A DNA stretch of 64,000 nucleotides. It comes from Selaginella moellendorffii (taxonomy: Eukaryota > Plantae > Lycopodiophyta). Position 1 is the first letter of the stretch, and the number at the start of each line of letters is the position of its first letter. The position numbers and the translations under genes were made by a program. The notes below the pieces were generated by a model that was given only the letters and a program-made list of their open reading frames with translations, was not told where the DNA came from and did not search any database. The stretch spans positions 751,771-815,770 of the forward strand of contig NW_003314337.1 of NCBI RefSeq assembly GCF_000143415.4. Reading direction: 5' to 3'. Shown piece after piece: positions 52,690-64,000 of the stretch.

Positions 52690-53858
52690 TGTAAGGAACC
52701 AACTCGCCGAGGTGTCGTAGGCTAAAGGAACCCCGAAAGCATGACCAAAATGACAAAGAGTTCATCGGATGGGACCAAGTCAAAGATCGAGTCCAAGACC
52801 GACTCTAGGACCGAGTTCGAGATAGAGTCCGGAATCGAGTCCAAGACCGACTCGGGGACCGAGTTCGAGTCCGAGTTCGAGACCGAGTTCGAGACGGAGT
52901 CCGAGATCCGAAATCGGGTCCGAGACCGAGTCCGAAATCGAGTCCGAGGTCGGGCCCGAGATCGGGTCCGAGATCGAGTCCGCGATCGAGTCCGAGACCG
53001 AATCCGAAGTTGGATCTGAAATCGGATCCGAGATCGAGCCAGAGACTAAGTCCAAATACTAATACGGGTCAAGGGGTGAAAGCCCAAAGCGTGCGTCCCC
53101 CAGGGGGGGGGGGCTGCAGGGGGTTCCAAAAGTATAGTAGGGATAGTGAGGTCCAGGAACCAGTTTTGAAGGGACTCTCCAGTTGGGCTTCCAAACTGAC
53201 TTGAGGTTGGGACTGGGACCGAGGGGCCTTGGGTGGGAGTGAGCATGGACTTGGCTGGTGCCGGAGGGGCCATCCGAGGAAGTGCTCAAGAGCAGCTCCC
53301 ACTCCCGAAAGGGAAACCGATTGCGGTGCTCCCGGCTCATGTGGAGTGGTGCCCCACTTGAGTACCATGCGGCTCATTGGTCCTCGCCCTTCCTAGGGGC
53401 TTGGGCCTTCCTTCGGGATGGAAGTGGGGGGCGAGAGGTACCCATACCGGGCCAGTGTTGCACTCAAGACTTGGGATTTAGAGGGTCCCATGATCAAGTC
53501 TTGTGGTACCAAGGGATGTTAGGAACCTGGAAGCTTGGTGTGCTTGGCTGCTTGTGCTTGCGGGGAGTGTAGCCGAACCTTAGTCCAGTCTAACCCGGGG
53601 AGGGGGATTGGGAGTGATTTGGGAATCCGTGGAAGGATGGCTAACACTCCATTGCTCGTGCAGTGAGTAGCTGAAACCAAGTAGGAGCTGGTACCATAGG
53701 CGAGAACCTTGGTGAGGGAACTTAGAAAAAGCCAAGGCAGTGTTGGACGGATAGACGAGGTAAGCTGGCAAATTGGAAAAGAAAAATTTGTGGCTTACAA
53801 TTTGGTATCGGAGCCTTTATCTCAGTTCTAGCGAAGGATAGAGGCGGATTGCTGGGAG

Positions 53859-56800
53859 ATGGCAAGGGCAACGCGTAAGCGAACCCAGGCGGAGACGGAA
53901 CCTCCGCCGGAGCTGGAGCCTCCGGTCGAACAAGAGGCTATGGATGAGGAATCCTTGCATGAGGAGGACTCTAGTGAGGAAACTTCCAAACAGGAGTCCG
54001 GTGGCGAGGTTCGGTCGTCCAAGGCTCGATTGGACGTGCTAGAAGGACAGTTGGCACAGACCAATGCCCTGCTGGAAACTCTCGTACGCAAGCTAAAGCG
54101 TGACGAGAGGCGGAAGAAAAAGAAAAAGACTGCGGATGCTGGCAGCGCAGAAGGTGCGGATCTTTCGGCCGGGACTGAGGCAAAACCAGACAAGGTCGAA
54201 CAGACCGAAGTAGAATCAGTCCCTCAGGCAGTTCCCAAGTACAAACCAAAGCCCCCACCGGTCTTCAAGGGAGTGAACGACTATAAAGTGGTGGAGGATT
54301 GGTTTTACGATATGGAGGACTACTTCCGAGCGTTGCGATTACCGAGCTCGGAGAAGGTCCCATGTGCAAAACCATACTTGGCAGATAATGCCAAGTCTTG
54401 GTGGAGAACGACGGAGGCCAACGAAGGACCAGTGGCCACTTGGGACATGATGAAGGCGAGGATCCGCGCAACATACGTTCCTCCGAATGCCACTCTGCAT
54501 CTGAGAGATGAGCTGAGTAGGCTAAAGCAGACTGGAACCATCCAGGAATATGTGAATGGGTTCATGGCAAAGAGGATACTTGTCACGGACATGGCGGATA
54601 TGGATGCGTTCCATGCCTTCATATCAGGTTTGCAAACCTGGGCTCGCGGTGAGGTGATGCGGTGGAACCCGACCAACTACAAGGAAGCGTTGGATGCGGC
54701 CATCAAGGTGCATTTCAACGATAATCTGCGAAAGGGGAACACGACGGGGTCGGGATCCACGTTTAGCAAAGGGGCCAAACCAAGGGGAACGTATAGCAAG
54801 GGGAAATTCAAAAAGAGTTTCTCTAAGAATGAGTCCTCGGGGTTCCGGAAAGGCAAATCTGGTGGCCAGCGAGCGAGTACGTGGGGGAGTCAAGCGAAAA
54901 AAGACAAGCCCACGGATAAGAAGGTCAAGTCGTATAGCAGCGTGGGAAACAACATATGCTACAACTGCGGCGAAGCGGGACACTTCTCGAGGGAATGTCC
55001 CTACCCGAAGAAGGCCAGAGCCAATATGGCCATCAAGTCGGGTGAAGTCCAAACTGAGGTATGTGATCCAGTCCCTAACTCAAAGTTACTCATTACACGA
55101 GCAACTTTGGTAGAGAGTCGTTCGCGACATCTACTAGCCCTCCGAGGGAAGCTCGGAGGTAGCTTTGTTAAGATCCTTATTGACACGGGTGCTTCGGATA
55201 ATTTTGTGGCTGCAGACATAGTCCGGCAAGCCGGACTAACGGTGCAGCGGCTAGGCGAACCAAGGACTATAGAGTTTGTTCAGGGTAGCCAAAGCACCGA
55301 TGAGGTACTTCGACAAGCGAGAGTCGAAGTGGGGACATGGAAAGTGGACATGGATTTCACCGTCTTGGACATGGCGGGATTTGACGTGATCTTCGGAATG
55401 GATTGGTTTAATCGGTTCGTGGTAGCCCTGCATGGACAAGGTAGGAACCTTGTGGTATTGGCGAATGCCCAAGGAAGAAGATCTAGGGTGGAGGCCCAGG
55501 ATCTAAAGGTAGGGCAAAGCAAGGCCAAAGAGTCATGCTTAAACCTGGTGTCCACGAGAGGACAACTCACTAAAGGAACTAAAGCAGCCTTTTTGTGCTT
55601 ACTCTCGGTGAAGAGTGACAAAAAGACAAGAACGGAAGAAGTACCTTTAGTGATCCAGCAGGTGCTGGACCAATTCCAGGATACCATGCCGGAGGAGCTA
55701 CCGGCGGGGTTGCCCCCCGCACGACCGATAGAACATAAGATTGAGCTGGTCGAGGGTGCTGAGGCGGTGGTTCGTCCACCCTATCGATTGAACGAAAAAG
55801 AACTCAAGGAGCTCAAGAGCCAACTAGAGGAGTTGGTGGACAAAGGGTATGTTAGGTTGAGCAAGTCACCGTATGGGGCGCCGGTGCTATTCGTGAAAAA
55901 GAAAGATGGATCTATGCGCATGTGCATAGACTACCGGTTGCTCAACAAATATACCAAGAAGAACAAGTACCCTTTGCCAAGGATTGAGGACCTGTTCGAT
56001 AGGTTGGGAAAGGCAAAATACTTCTCGAGGATTGACCTAAGGTCAGGATACTACCAGATCAGGGTAGCTGAGGAAGATGTCGAGAAGACAACCTATCGAA
56101 CGAGGTATGGGAGCTTTGAGTTTTTGGTGATGCCCTTTGGGCTGTGCAATGCGCCGGCAACGTTTTCGGCGTTGATGAACCACGTCTTTGTACCCTATCT
56201 GGATCACTTCGTGGTCGTCTATATTGACGACATCCTGATCTATAGCGAGACGCTAGAGGAGCATGCCGAACACTTGGCGAAGGTGTTTGAGAAACTAAGG
56301 GAACACAAGCTGTATGCTAAAGAGAGCAAATGTGACTTTGCTCAACAAGAGGTAAAGTTTCTCGGGCATGTGGTGGGCCAGGACGGGCTCAAAGTGGACC
56401 CGGAGAAGGTCCAAGCGATCCAGGAATGGGAGCGACCATCGAATGTACATGAGTTGAGGGCGTTCCTGGGGCTATGCAACTACTATCGAAAGTTTATCAG
56501 ACACTATTCGAGAGTAGCCCTGCCCTTAACGGATCAAACAGGAAAAGGGAAGATGGTATGGACAGCGGAATGCGAGGCGGCATTCGTCCACCTCAAAGGG
56601 AAGTTGAGGAAGGCTCCGGTGTTGGCATTACCAGACTTTGGTAAGGACTTTGAGGTAGACACGGATGCTTCGGACTTTGCGTTGGGCGCAGTTTTGAAGC
56701 AAGACAACCATCCAGTAGCGTTCTTCTCGAAGAAGCTGGACAAGGCTCAACGGAAGTGGCCTGCCCACGAGAAGGAATTGTTTGCGGTGGTCAAGGCGCT

Positions 56801-58631
56801 CAAGGAGTGGCGACACTACCTTGGGAGACACTTCAAGGTTTACACGGACAATGTGGCAACGAAACACTTCTTGTCACAGCCCGACCTAAGGGGAAAACAA
56901 GGTCGGTGGGCCAATGCTTTGGCCGAGTTTGATTGCGAGATCCTGTACAAGCCTGGGAAGAGCAACATCGTGGCAGATGCGCTAAGTCGAAAAGCGAGCT
57001 TGAAGTTGGCGATATCTAGCGCGACAGCAACCTTTTGGGACGATGTGCGGACCGCATACGAGAGTGATGGTCTAGCACAAGAAGTGTTGCTGAGGAATCT
57101 GGAGGCGCGGGAAGCTCACCAGAGAGGTGAGCTGCCAACGGAAGAGAAAACGGGCTATGCGGAACGCAACGGACTCATATATTACAAGCAAACGAGGGTG
57201 TATGTTCCAGAAGGGGAACTAAGGAAGGTAGCCTTGGAAGAGTGTCATGACGGACCTCTTGCGGGACACGGCGGAGTGCCCAAGACGATGGGCTTACTCA
57301 AAAGGAAGTACCATTGGCCAGATATGGCTAAGGACGTCCAAGACTATGTAAAGACATGCCCAATATGTCAGCAAGTCAAAGCCGTGACGAAGGCTAGTGG
57401 GGGCTTGTTGCAAAGCATCCCCATTCCAGATCGTCCGTGGAAATGTCTCACGATGGACTTCATCACGGGACTACCCCCAAGCGAGGGGTTCGATGCGATA
57501 TTCGTGGTGGTGGACCGATTTTCAAAGATGGCACATTTCATACCCACCACAACGGATGTGGATGCGGAAGGTGTGGCGAAGCTGTTCTTCGAACAAGTGG
57601 TTCGAGTGCGGGGAAGGCCGGAAGAGATTATCTCAGATCGAGATAAGATCTTCACCAGTAGGTTCTGGAGGACACTCCTAGAACAGTATCGCACCAAGTT
57701 GAAATTCAGTACGGCCTATCACCCACAGACAGGTAATGGGTATTGAGTCAAGATTGATGGCACTAACACTTCTTGACAGACGGACAAACGGAAAGGGTGA
57801 ATAGGCAGCTGGAGGATTATTTGCGATGCTATGTCTCGGGAGACCAGACCGACTGGGTAAGTCATTTGGGACTTGCGGAAATGTGTTATAACAACTCACC
57901 ACATTCGAGCATCGGGGTGAGTCCATGGGAAGTCATCAATGGGCGAGCTATTGAAGGTCCTGTGGAACTCGGCGTGGCCGAGTATCATGGAGAGTTACCC
58001 GCAGTGGAGGCATTCACGGCGGAAAGACTCAACATTTGGAATCTAGTGAGGGATTCCTTGGAACGGGCTCAACAAAGGCAAACTAAGTACGCGAACCAAA
58101 AGCGTCGGGATGTGGAGTTCCAAGCTGGGGAGAAGGTGTTGCTGAACACCAAGAACCTCAGGCTACCAAGTGGGATCAGCCGGAAGTTGACCCAAAGGTA
58201 AAAATGCATGTATTCCTGTAAATGAATTGATCTTGAGTTCCTTAAGCAGGTTCGCGGGGCCTTACGAGATTGAGGCTCGAATCGGTAAAGTGGCTTACCG
58301 TCTCCGACTTCCTCGAGAGATGGGGAAGATGCATCCCGTGTTCCACGTGAACTTACTCAAGCCGTATTTTGAGGATCCGCTTCGCAAGGACCAAGTAAGA
58401 CCTTTACCTGAGGTTATCCAAGGGGAGGAGGAATACGAAGTCGAGGCCATCCTCAATGCGCGCAAGAGCAAGCGACAAGGACGCGAGGTGAGAGAGTTCC
58501 ATGTGAAGTGGAAAGGATTTCCACACTGCGAAGCAACATGGGAACCGGAGGAGAACCTAGCGAACGCGCGAGATCTAGTGGAGGAATTTCTGCATGGCAG
58601 AACTCTATGTACTTATGCAAAGTTCAATTAA
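53859..58631 (+). CDS. Gag-Pol polyprotein with chromodomain; spliced model join(53859..57732,57780..58197,58250..58631), 1557 aa
   Basis: [51 protein letters not shown], and a group I-like chromodomain (YEVEAIL..VKWKGF..TWEP). Two GT-AG segments must be removed to join the frames. Confidence 0.9.
57733..57779 (+). other. 47-nt spliceosomal-type intron in the integrase core
   Basis: AG|GTAATG...CACTAAC...TTCTTGACAG|; removal restores [12 protein letters not shown]. Confidence 0.88.
58198..58249 (+). other. 52-nt spliceosomal-type intron before the GPY/F motif
   Basis: AG|GTAAAA...TTGAT...CCTTAAGCAG|G, AT-rich; removal restores [13 protein letters not shown]. Confidence 0.88.
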
Positions 58632-59033
58632 AAGTATCAATTTGAGAAGTTGAGCAATGGCATATGTTGGGACCCGAAGGCGCGCCGAAGGTAAGCTAAT
58701 TAGCATGGGTTAGCTAGGTCGACCAGGCGTAGGGAGCTACGCCCGACTCCCTGCGGGGATGTCGAAACCGTAGACGTATTCTACGGAGGTTGGGTTCGAG
58801 TCCCAACCCCCTAGTAAAGCAAGGCTGGGTTCAAGTCCCGACCCTATACTAGGACGTGGTGAGGGGAGGAGTATAGGGACACCTATATTCCGTTGTCATG
58901 GGCTCTTGGCCGAGGAGGCTAACTTAGGCACACCGCTAAGTGGGGGGATGCCCCCGGAGACATGGTCAACAAGTCGTAGGATAAAACGAGACGTTCGATG
59001 TGGGCATCGAACTTCTTCTATGGGTGGTGGAGT

Positions 59034-62000
59034 TGTAAGGAACCAACTCACCGAGGTGTCGTAGGCTAAAGGAACCCCGAAAGCATGACCAAAATGACAA
59101 AGAGTTCATCGGATGGGACCAAGTCGAAGATCGAGTCCAAGACCGACTCTAGGACCGAGTTCGAGATAGAGTCCGGAATCGAGTCCGAGACCGACTCGGG
59201 GACCGAGTTCGAGTCCGAGTTCGAGACCGAGTTCGAGACGGAGTCCGAGATCCGAAATCGGGTCCGAGACCGAGTCCGAGGTCTAGTCCGAGGTCGGGTC
59301 CGAGATCGGGTCCGAGATCGAGTCCGTGATCGAGTCCGAACCCGAATCCGAAGTCGGATCTGAAATCGGGTCCGAGATCGAGCCAGAGACTAAGTCCAAA
59401 TACTAATACGGGTCAAGGGGTGAAAGCCCAAAGCGTGCGTCTCCCAGGGGGGGGGGGGCTGCAGGGGGTTCCAAAAGTATAGTAGGGATAGTGAGGTCCA
59501 GGAACCAGTTTAGAAGGGACTCTCCAGTTGGGCTTCCAAACTGACTTGAGGTTGGGACTGGGACCGAGGGGCCTTGGGTGGGAGTGAGCATGGACTTGCC
59601 TGGTGCCGGAGGGGCCATCCAAGGAAGTGCTCAAGAGCAGCTCCCACTCCCGAAAGGGAAACCGATTGCGGTGCTCCCGGCTCATGTGGAGTGGTGCCCC
59701 ACTTGAGTACCATGCGGCTCATTGGTCCTCGCCCTTCCTAGGGGCTTGGGCCTTCCTTCGGGATGGAAGTGGGGGGCGAGAGGTACCCATACCGGGCCGC
59801 TAGGCCACGGTGTTTCGCCCCGGCATCCCGAAGCAAGTGTTGCACTCAAGACTTGGGATTTAGAGGGTCCCATGATCAAGTCTTGTGGTACCAAGGGAAG
59901 TTAGGAACCTGGAAGCTTGGTGTGCTTGGCTGCTTGTGCTTGCGGGGAGTGTAGCCGAACCTTAAGTCCAGTCTAACCCGGGGAGGGGGATTGGGAGTGA
60001 TTTGGGAATCCGTAGATGGATGGCTAACACTCCATTGCTCGTGCAGTAAGTAGCTGAGACCAAGTAGGAGCTGGTACCATAGGCGAGAACCTTGGCGAGG
60101 GAACTTAGCAAAGGCCAAGGCGGTGTTGGACGGATAGACGAGGTAAGCTGGCAAATTGGAAAGGAAAAATTTGTGGCTTACAATTTGGTATCGGAGCCTT
60201 TTCCTCAGTTCTAGCGAAGGATAGAGGCGGATTGCTGGGAGATGGCAAGGGCAGGGCGTAAGCGAACCCAAGCGGAGACGGAACCTCCGCCAGAGCTGGA
60301 GCCTCCGGTCGAACAAGAGGCTATGGATGAGGAATCCTTGCATGAGGAGGACTCTAGTGAGGAAACTTCCAAACAGGAGTCCGGTGGCGAGGTTCGGTCG
60401 TCCAAGGCTCGATTGGACGTTCTAGAAGGTCAATTGGCGCAGACTAATGCCCTGCTGGAGACTCTCGTACGCAAGCTAAAGCGTGACGAGAAGCGGAAGA
60501 AAAGGCGAAAGACTGCGGATGCTGGCAGCGCAGAAGGTGCGGACCCTTCGGCGGGGACTGAGGCAAAACCAGACAAGGTCGAACAGACTGAAGTGGAATC
60601 AGTCCCTCAGGCAGTTCCCAAGTACAAACCAAAGCCCCCACCGGTCTTCAAGGGAGTGAATGACTATAAGGTGGTGGAGGATTGGTTTTACGATATGGAG
60701 GACTACTTCCGAGCGTTGCGGTTACCAAGCTCGGAGAAGGTCCCATGTGCAAAACCATACTTGGCAGATAATGCCAAGTCTTGGTGGAGAACAACGGAGG
60801 CCAACGAAGGACCGGTGGTCACTTGGGACATGATGAAGGCGAGGATCCGCGCAACATACGTTCCTCCGAATGCCACTCTGCATCTGAGGGATGAACTGAG
60901 TAGGCTGAAGCAGACTGGAACCATCCAGGAATATGTGAATGGGTTCATGGCAAAGAGGATACTTGTCACGGACATGGGGGATATGGATGCGTTCCATGCC
61001 TTCATATCAGGTTTGCAAACCTGGGCTCGCGGTGAGGTGATGCGCTGGAACCCGACCAACTACAAGGAAGCGTTGGATGCGGCCATCAAGGTGCATTTCA
61101 ACGATAACCTGCGAAAGGGGAACACGACGGGGTCGGGATCCACGTTTCACAAAGGGGCCAAACCAAGGGGAACATATAGCAGGGGGAAATTCAAGAAGAG
61201 TTTCTCTAAGAATGAGTCCTCGGGGTTCCGGAAAGGCAAATCCGGTGGCCAGCGAGCGAGTACGTGGGGGAGTCAAGCGAAAAGAGACAAACCCACGGAT
61301 AAGAAGGTCAAGTCATATAGCAGCGTGGGAAACAACGTATGCTACAACTGCGGTGAAGCGGGACACTTCTCAAGGGAATGTCCCTACCCGAAGAAGGCCA
61401 GAGCCAATATGGCCATCAAGTCGGGTGAAGTCCAAACTGAGGTATGTGATCCAGTCCCTAACTCAAAGTTGCTCATTACACGAGCAACTTTGGTAGAGAG
61501 TCGTTCGCGACATCTACTAGCCCTCCGAGGGAAGCTCGGAGGTAGCTTTGTTAAGATCCTTATTGACACGGGTGCTTCGGATAATTTTGTGGCTGCAGAC
61601 ATAGTCCGGCAAGCCGGACTAACGGTGCAGCGGCTAGGCGAACCAAGGACTATAGAGTTTGTTCAAGGTAGCCAAAGCACCGATGAGGTACTTCGACAAG
61701 CGAGAGTCGAAGTGGGGACATGGAAAGTGGACATGGATTTCACCGTCTTGGATATGGCGGGATTTGACGTGATCTTCGGAATGGATTGGTTTAATCGGTT
61801 CGTGGTAGCCTTACATGGACAAGGTAGGAACCTTGTGGTATTGGCGAATGCCCAAGGAAGAAGATCTAGGGTGGAGGCCCAGGATCTAAAGGTAGGGCAA
61901 AGCAAGGCCAAAGAGTCATGCTTAAACCTGGTGTCCACGAGAGGACAACTCACTAAAGGAACTAAGGCAGCCTTTTTGTGCTTACTCTCGGTGAAGAGTG

Positions 62001-64000
62001 ACAAAAAGACAAGAACGGAAGAAGTGCCTTTAGTGATCCAGCGAGTGTTGGACCAATTCCAGGATACCATGCCGGAGGAGCTACCGGCGGGGTTGCCCCC
62101 CGCACGACCGATAGAACATAAGATTGAGCTGGTCGAGGGCGCTGAGGCGGTGGTTCGTCCACCCTATCGTTTGAACGAAAAAGAACTCAAGGAGCTCAAG
62201 TGCCAACTAGAGGAGTTGGTGGACAAAGGGTATGTTAGGTTGAGCAAGTCGCTGTATGGGGCGCCGGTATTATTTGTGAAAAAGAAAGATGGATCTATGC
62301 GCATGTGCATAGATTACCGGTTGCTCAACAAGTATACCAAGAAGAACAAGTACCCTTTGCCAAGGATTGAGGACCTGTTCGATAGGTTGGGAAAGGCAAA
62401 ATACTTCTCGAGGATTGACCTAAGGTCAGGATACTACCAGATCAGGGTAGCCGAGGAAGATGTCGAGAAGACAACCTGTCGAACGAGGTATGGGAGCTTT
62501 GAGTTTTTGGTGATGCCCTTTGGGCTGTGCAATGCGCCGGCAACGTTTTCGGCGTTGATGAACCACGTCTTTGTACCCTATCTGGATCACTTTGTGGTCG
62601 TCTATATTGACGACATCCTAATCTATAGCGAGACGCTGAAGGAGCATGCCGAACACTTGGCGAAGGTGTTTGAGAAACTAAGGGAACACAAACTGTATGC
62701 TAAAGAGAGCAAATGTGACTTTGCTCAACAAGAGGTAAAGTTTCTCGGGCATGTGGTGGGCCAGGACGGGCTCAAGGTGGACCCGGAGAAGGTCCAAGCG
62801 ATCCAGGAATGGGAACGACCATCGAATGTACATGAGTTGAGGGCGTTCCTGGGGCTATGCAACTACTATCGAAAGTTTATCAGACACTATTCGAGAGTAG
62901 CCCTGCCCTTAACGGACCAAACAGGAAAAGGGAAGATGGTATGGACAGCGGAATGCGAGGCGGCATTCGTCCACCTCAAAGGGAAGTTGAGGAAGGCTCC
63001 GGTGTTGGCATTACCAGACTTTGGTAAGGACTTTGAGGTAGACACGGATGCTTCGGACTTTGCGTTGGGCGCAGTTTTGAAGCAAGACAACCATCCAGTA
63101 GCGTTCTTCTCGAAGAAGCTGGACAAGGCTCAACGGAAGTGGCCTGCCCACGAGAAGGAATTGTTTGCGGTGGTCAAGGCGCTCAAGGAGTGGCGACACT
63201 ACCTTGGGAGACACTTCAAGGTTTACACGGACAATGTGGCAACGAAACACTTCTTGTCACAGCCCGACCTAAGGGGAAAACAAGGTCGGTGGGCCAATGC
63301 TTTGGCCGAGTTTGATTGCGAGATCCTGTACAAGCCTGGGAAGAGCAACATCGTGGCAAATGCGCTAAGTCGAAAAGCGAGCTTGAAGTTGGCGATATCT
63401 AGCGCGACAGCAACCTTTTGGGACGATGTGCGGACCGCATACGAGAGTGATGGTCTAGCACAAGAAGTGTTGCTGAGGAATCTGGAGGCGCGGGAAGCTC
63501 ACCAGAGAGGTGAGCTGCCAACGGAAGAGAAAACGGGCTATGCGGAACGCAACGGACTCATATATTACAAGCAAACGAGGGTGTATGTTCCAGAAGGGGA
63601 ACTAAGGAAAGTAGCCTTGGAAGAGTGTCATGACGGACCTCTTGCGGGACACGGCGGAGTGCCCAAGACGATGGGCTTACTCAAAAGGAAGTATCACTGG
63701 CCAGATATGGCTAAGGACGTCCAAGACTATGTAAAGACATGTCCAACATGTCAGCAGGTCAAAGCCGTGACGAAGGCTAGTGGGGGCTTGTTGCAAAGCA
63801 TCCCCATTCCAGATCGTCCGTGGAAATGTCTCACGATGGACTTCATCACGGGACTACCCCCAAGCGAGGGGTTCGATGCGATATTCGTGGTGGTGGACCG
63901 ATTTTCAAAGATGGCACATTTCATACCCACCACAACGGATGTGGATGCGGAAGGTGTGGCGAAACTGTTCTTCGAACAAGTGGTTCGAGTGCGGGGAAAG
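59034..64000 (+). mobile_element. Chromovirus C, unit 2, sharing the central LTR (runs off the window)
   Basis: The LTR is followed directly by PBS (60186) and a second gag-pol nearly identical to unit 1. Confidence 0.95.
60242..64000 (+). CDS. Gag-Pol of unit 2 (partial, open to the window end)
   Basis: ATG at 60242; colinear with 53859-57617; no stop seen. Confidence 0.9.
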   Translation, partial: MARAGRKRTQAETEPPPELEPPVEQEAMDEESLHEEDSSEETSKQESGGEVRSSKARLDVLEGQLAQTNALLETLVRKLKRDEKRKKRRKTADAGSAEGADPSAGTEAKPDKVEQTEVESVPQAVPKYKPKPPPVFKGVNDYKVVEDWFYDMEDYFRALRLPSSEKVPCAKPYLADNAKSWWRTTEANEGPVVTWDMMKARIRATYVPPNATLHLRDELSRLKQTGTIQEYVNGFMAKRILVTDMGDMDAFHAFISGLQTWARGEVMRWNPTNYKEALDAAIKVHFNDNLRKGNTTGSGSTFHKGAKPRGTYSRGKFKKSFSKNESSGFRKGKSGGQRASTWGSQAKRDKPTDKKVKSYSSVGNNVCYNCGEAGHFSRECPYPKKARANMAIKSGEVQTEVCDPVPNSKLLITRATLVESRSRHLLALRGKLGGSFVKILIDTGASDNFVAADIVRQAGLTVQRLGEPRTIEFVQGSQSTDEVLRQARVEVGTWKVDMDFTVLDMAGFDVIFGMDWFNRFVVALHGQGRNLVVLANAQGRRSRVEAQDLKVGQSKAKESCLNLVSTRGQLTKGTKAAFLCLLSVKSDKKTRTEEVPLVIQRVLDQFQDTMPEELPAGLPPARPIEHKIELVEGAEAVVRPPYRLNEKELKELKCQLEELVDKGYVRLSKSLYGAPVLFVKKKDGSMRMCIDYRLLNKYTKKNKYPLPRIEDLFDRLGKAKYFSRIDLRSGYYQIRVAEEDVEKTTCRTRYGSFEFLVMPFGLCNAPATFSALMNHVFVPYLDHFVVVYIDDILIYSETLKEHAEHLAKVFEKLREHKLYAKESKCDFAQQEVKFLGHVVGQDGLKVDPEKVQAIQEWERPSNVHELRAFLGLCNYYRKFIRHYSRVALPLTDQTGKGKMVWTAECEAAFVHLKGKLRKAPVLALPDFGKDFEVDTDASDFALGAVLKQDNHPVAFFSKKLDKAQRKWPAHEKELFAVVKALKEWRHYLGRHFKVYTDNVATKHFLSQPDLRGKQGRWANALAEFDCEILYKPGKSNIVANALSRKASLKLAISSATATFWDDVRTAYESDGLAQEVLLRNLEAREAHQRGELPTEEKTGYAERNGLIYYKQTRVYVPEGELRKVALEECHDGPLAGHGGVPKTMGLLKRKYHWPDMAKDVQDYVKTCPTCQQVKAVTKASGGLLQSIPIPDRPWKCLTMDFITGLPPSEGFDAIFVVVDRFSKMAHFIPTTTDVDAEGVAKLFFEQVVRVRGK

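Larger units (their letters stand above)
52690..60182 (+). mobile_element. Intact chromovirus (Ty3/gypsy) C, unit 1
   Basis: LTRs 52690-53799 and 59034-60182 (TGTAAG...CTTACA), PBS TGGTATCGGAGC at 53803, PPT TGGGTGGTGGAGT at 59021-59033. Confidence 0.96.

Noticed and set aside
55441-55486. Additional GT..AG segment after the protease
   Set aside because: Purine-rich with no branch point or pyrimidine tract; the ORF reads through normally
57733-58249. Reading the integrase breaks as ordinary frameshift decay or ribosomal frameshifting
   Set aside because: Each break is an extra 47/52-nt block bounded exactly by GT-AG with no loss of conserved residues, and the rest of the ORF is intact
58718-58790. 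Possible hammerhead ribozyme (retrozyme-like) in the 3' UTR
   Set aside because: GAAAC plus a stem is present, but the CUGANGA core and the UH cleavage site are absent
58788-58845. tRNA gene
   Set aside because: Only T-arm-like hairpins; no acceptor, D or anticodon arms
53828-63933. Many antisense and alternate-frame ORFs over gag-pol
   Set aside because: Shadow ORFs of GC-rich coding sequence with no motifs

Overview
Eukaryotic, land-plant-type heterochromatic window that is mostly transposon DNA. The ~50-nt introns, a PPR fragment and the moss/fern-type transposases suggest a non-seed plant such as a Selaginella-like lycophyte (inference). Left part: a decayed DUF7869/Sola-like DDD transposase with dispersed 20-bp palindromes; rearranged pieces of non-autonomous LTR families A and B; a decayed Athila/Tat-like gypsy pol; and a MULE-like transposase interrupted by a 4.9-kb gypsy element D (233-bp LTRs, TSD CGTAA). 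Middle: a small gene island with an intronless helical-domain+kinase gene convergent with an intronless PP2C phosphatase, plus PP2C, PPR and L1 fragments. Right part: a five-level nest (L1 < B < A' < B'' < C, with a full A copy also inside B) ending in a young tandem chromovirus C (LTR-internal-LTR-internal). Most notable: the chromovirus C integrase is split by two short GT-AG segments (47 and 52 nt) whose removal exactly restores conserved motifs. There are further candidate introns that would remove the PBS and that would yield Gag-only mRNA. Together these suggest an intron-bearing, splicing-controlled LTR retrotransposon.
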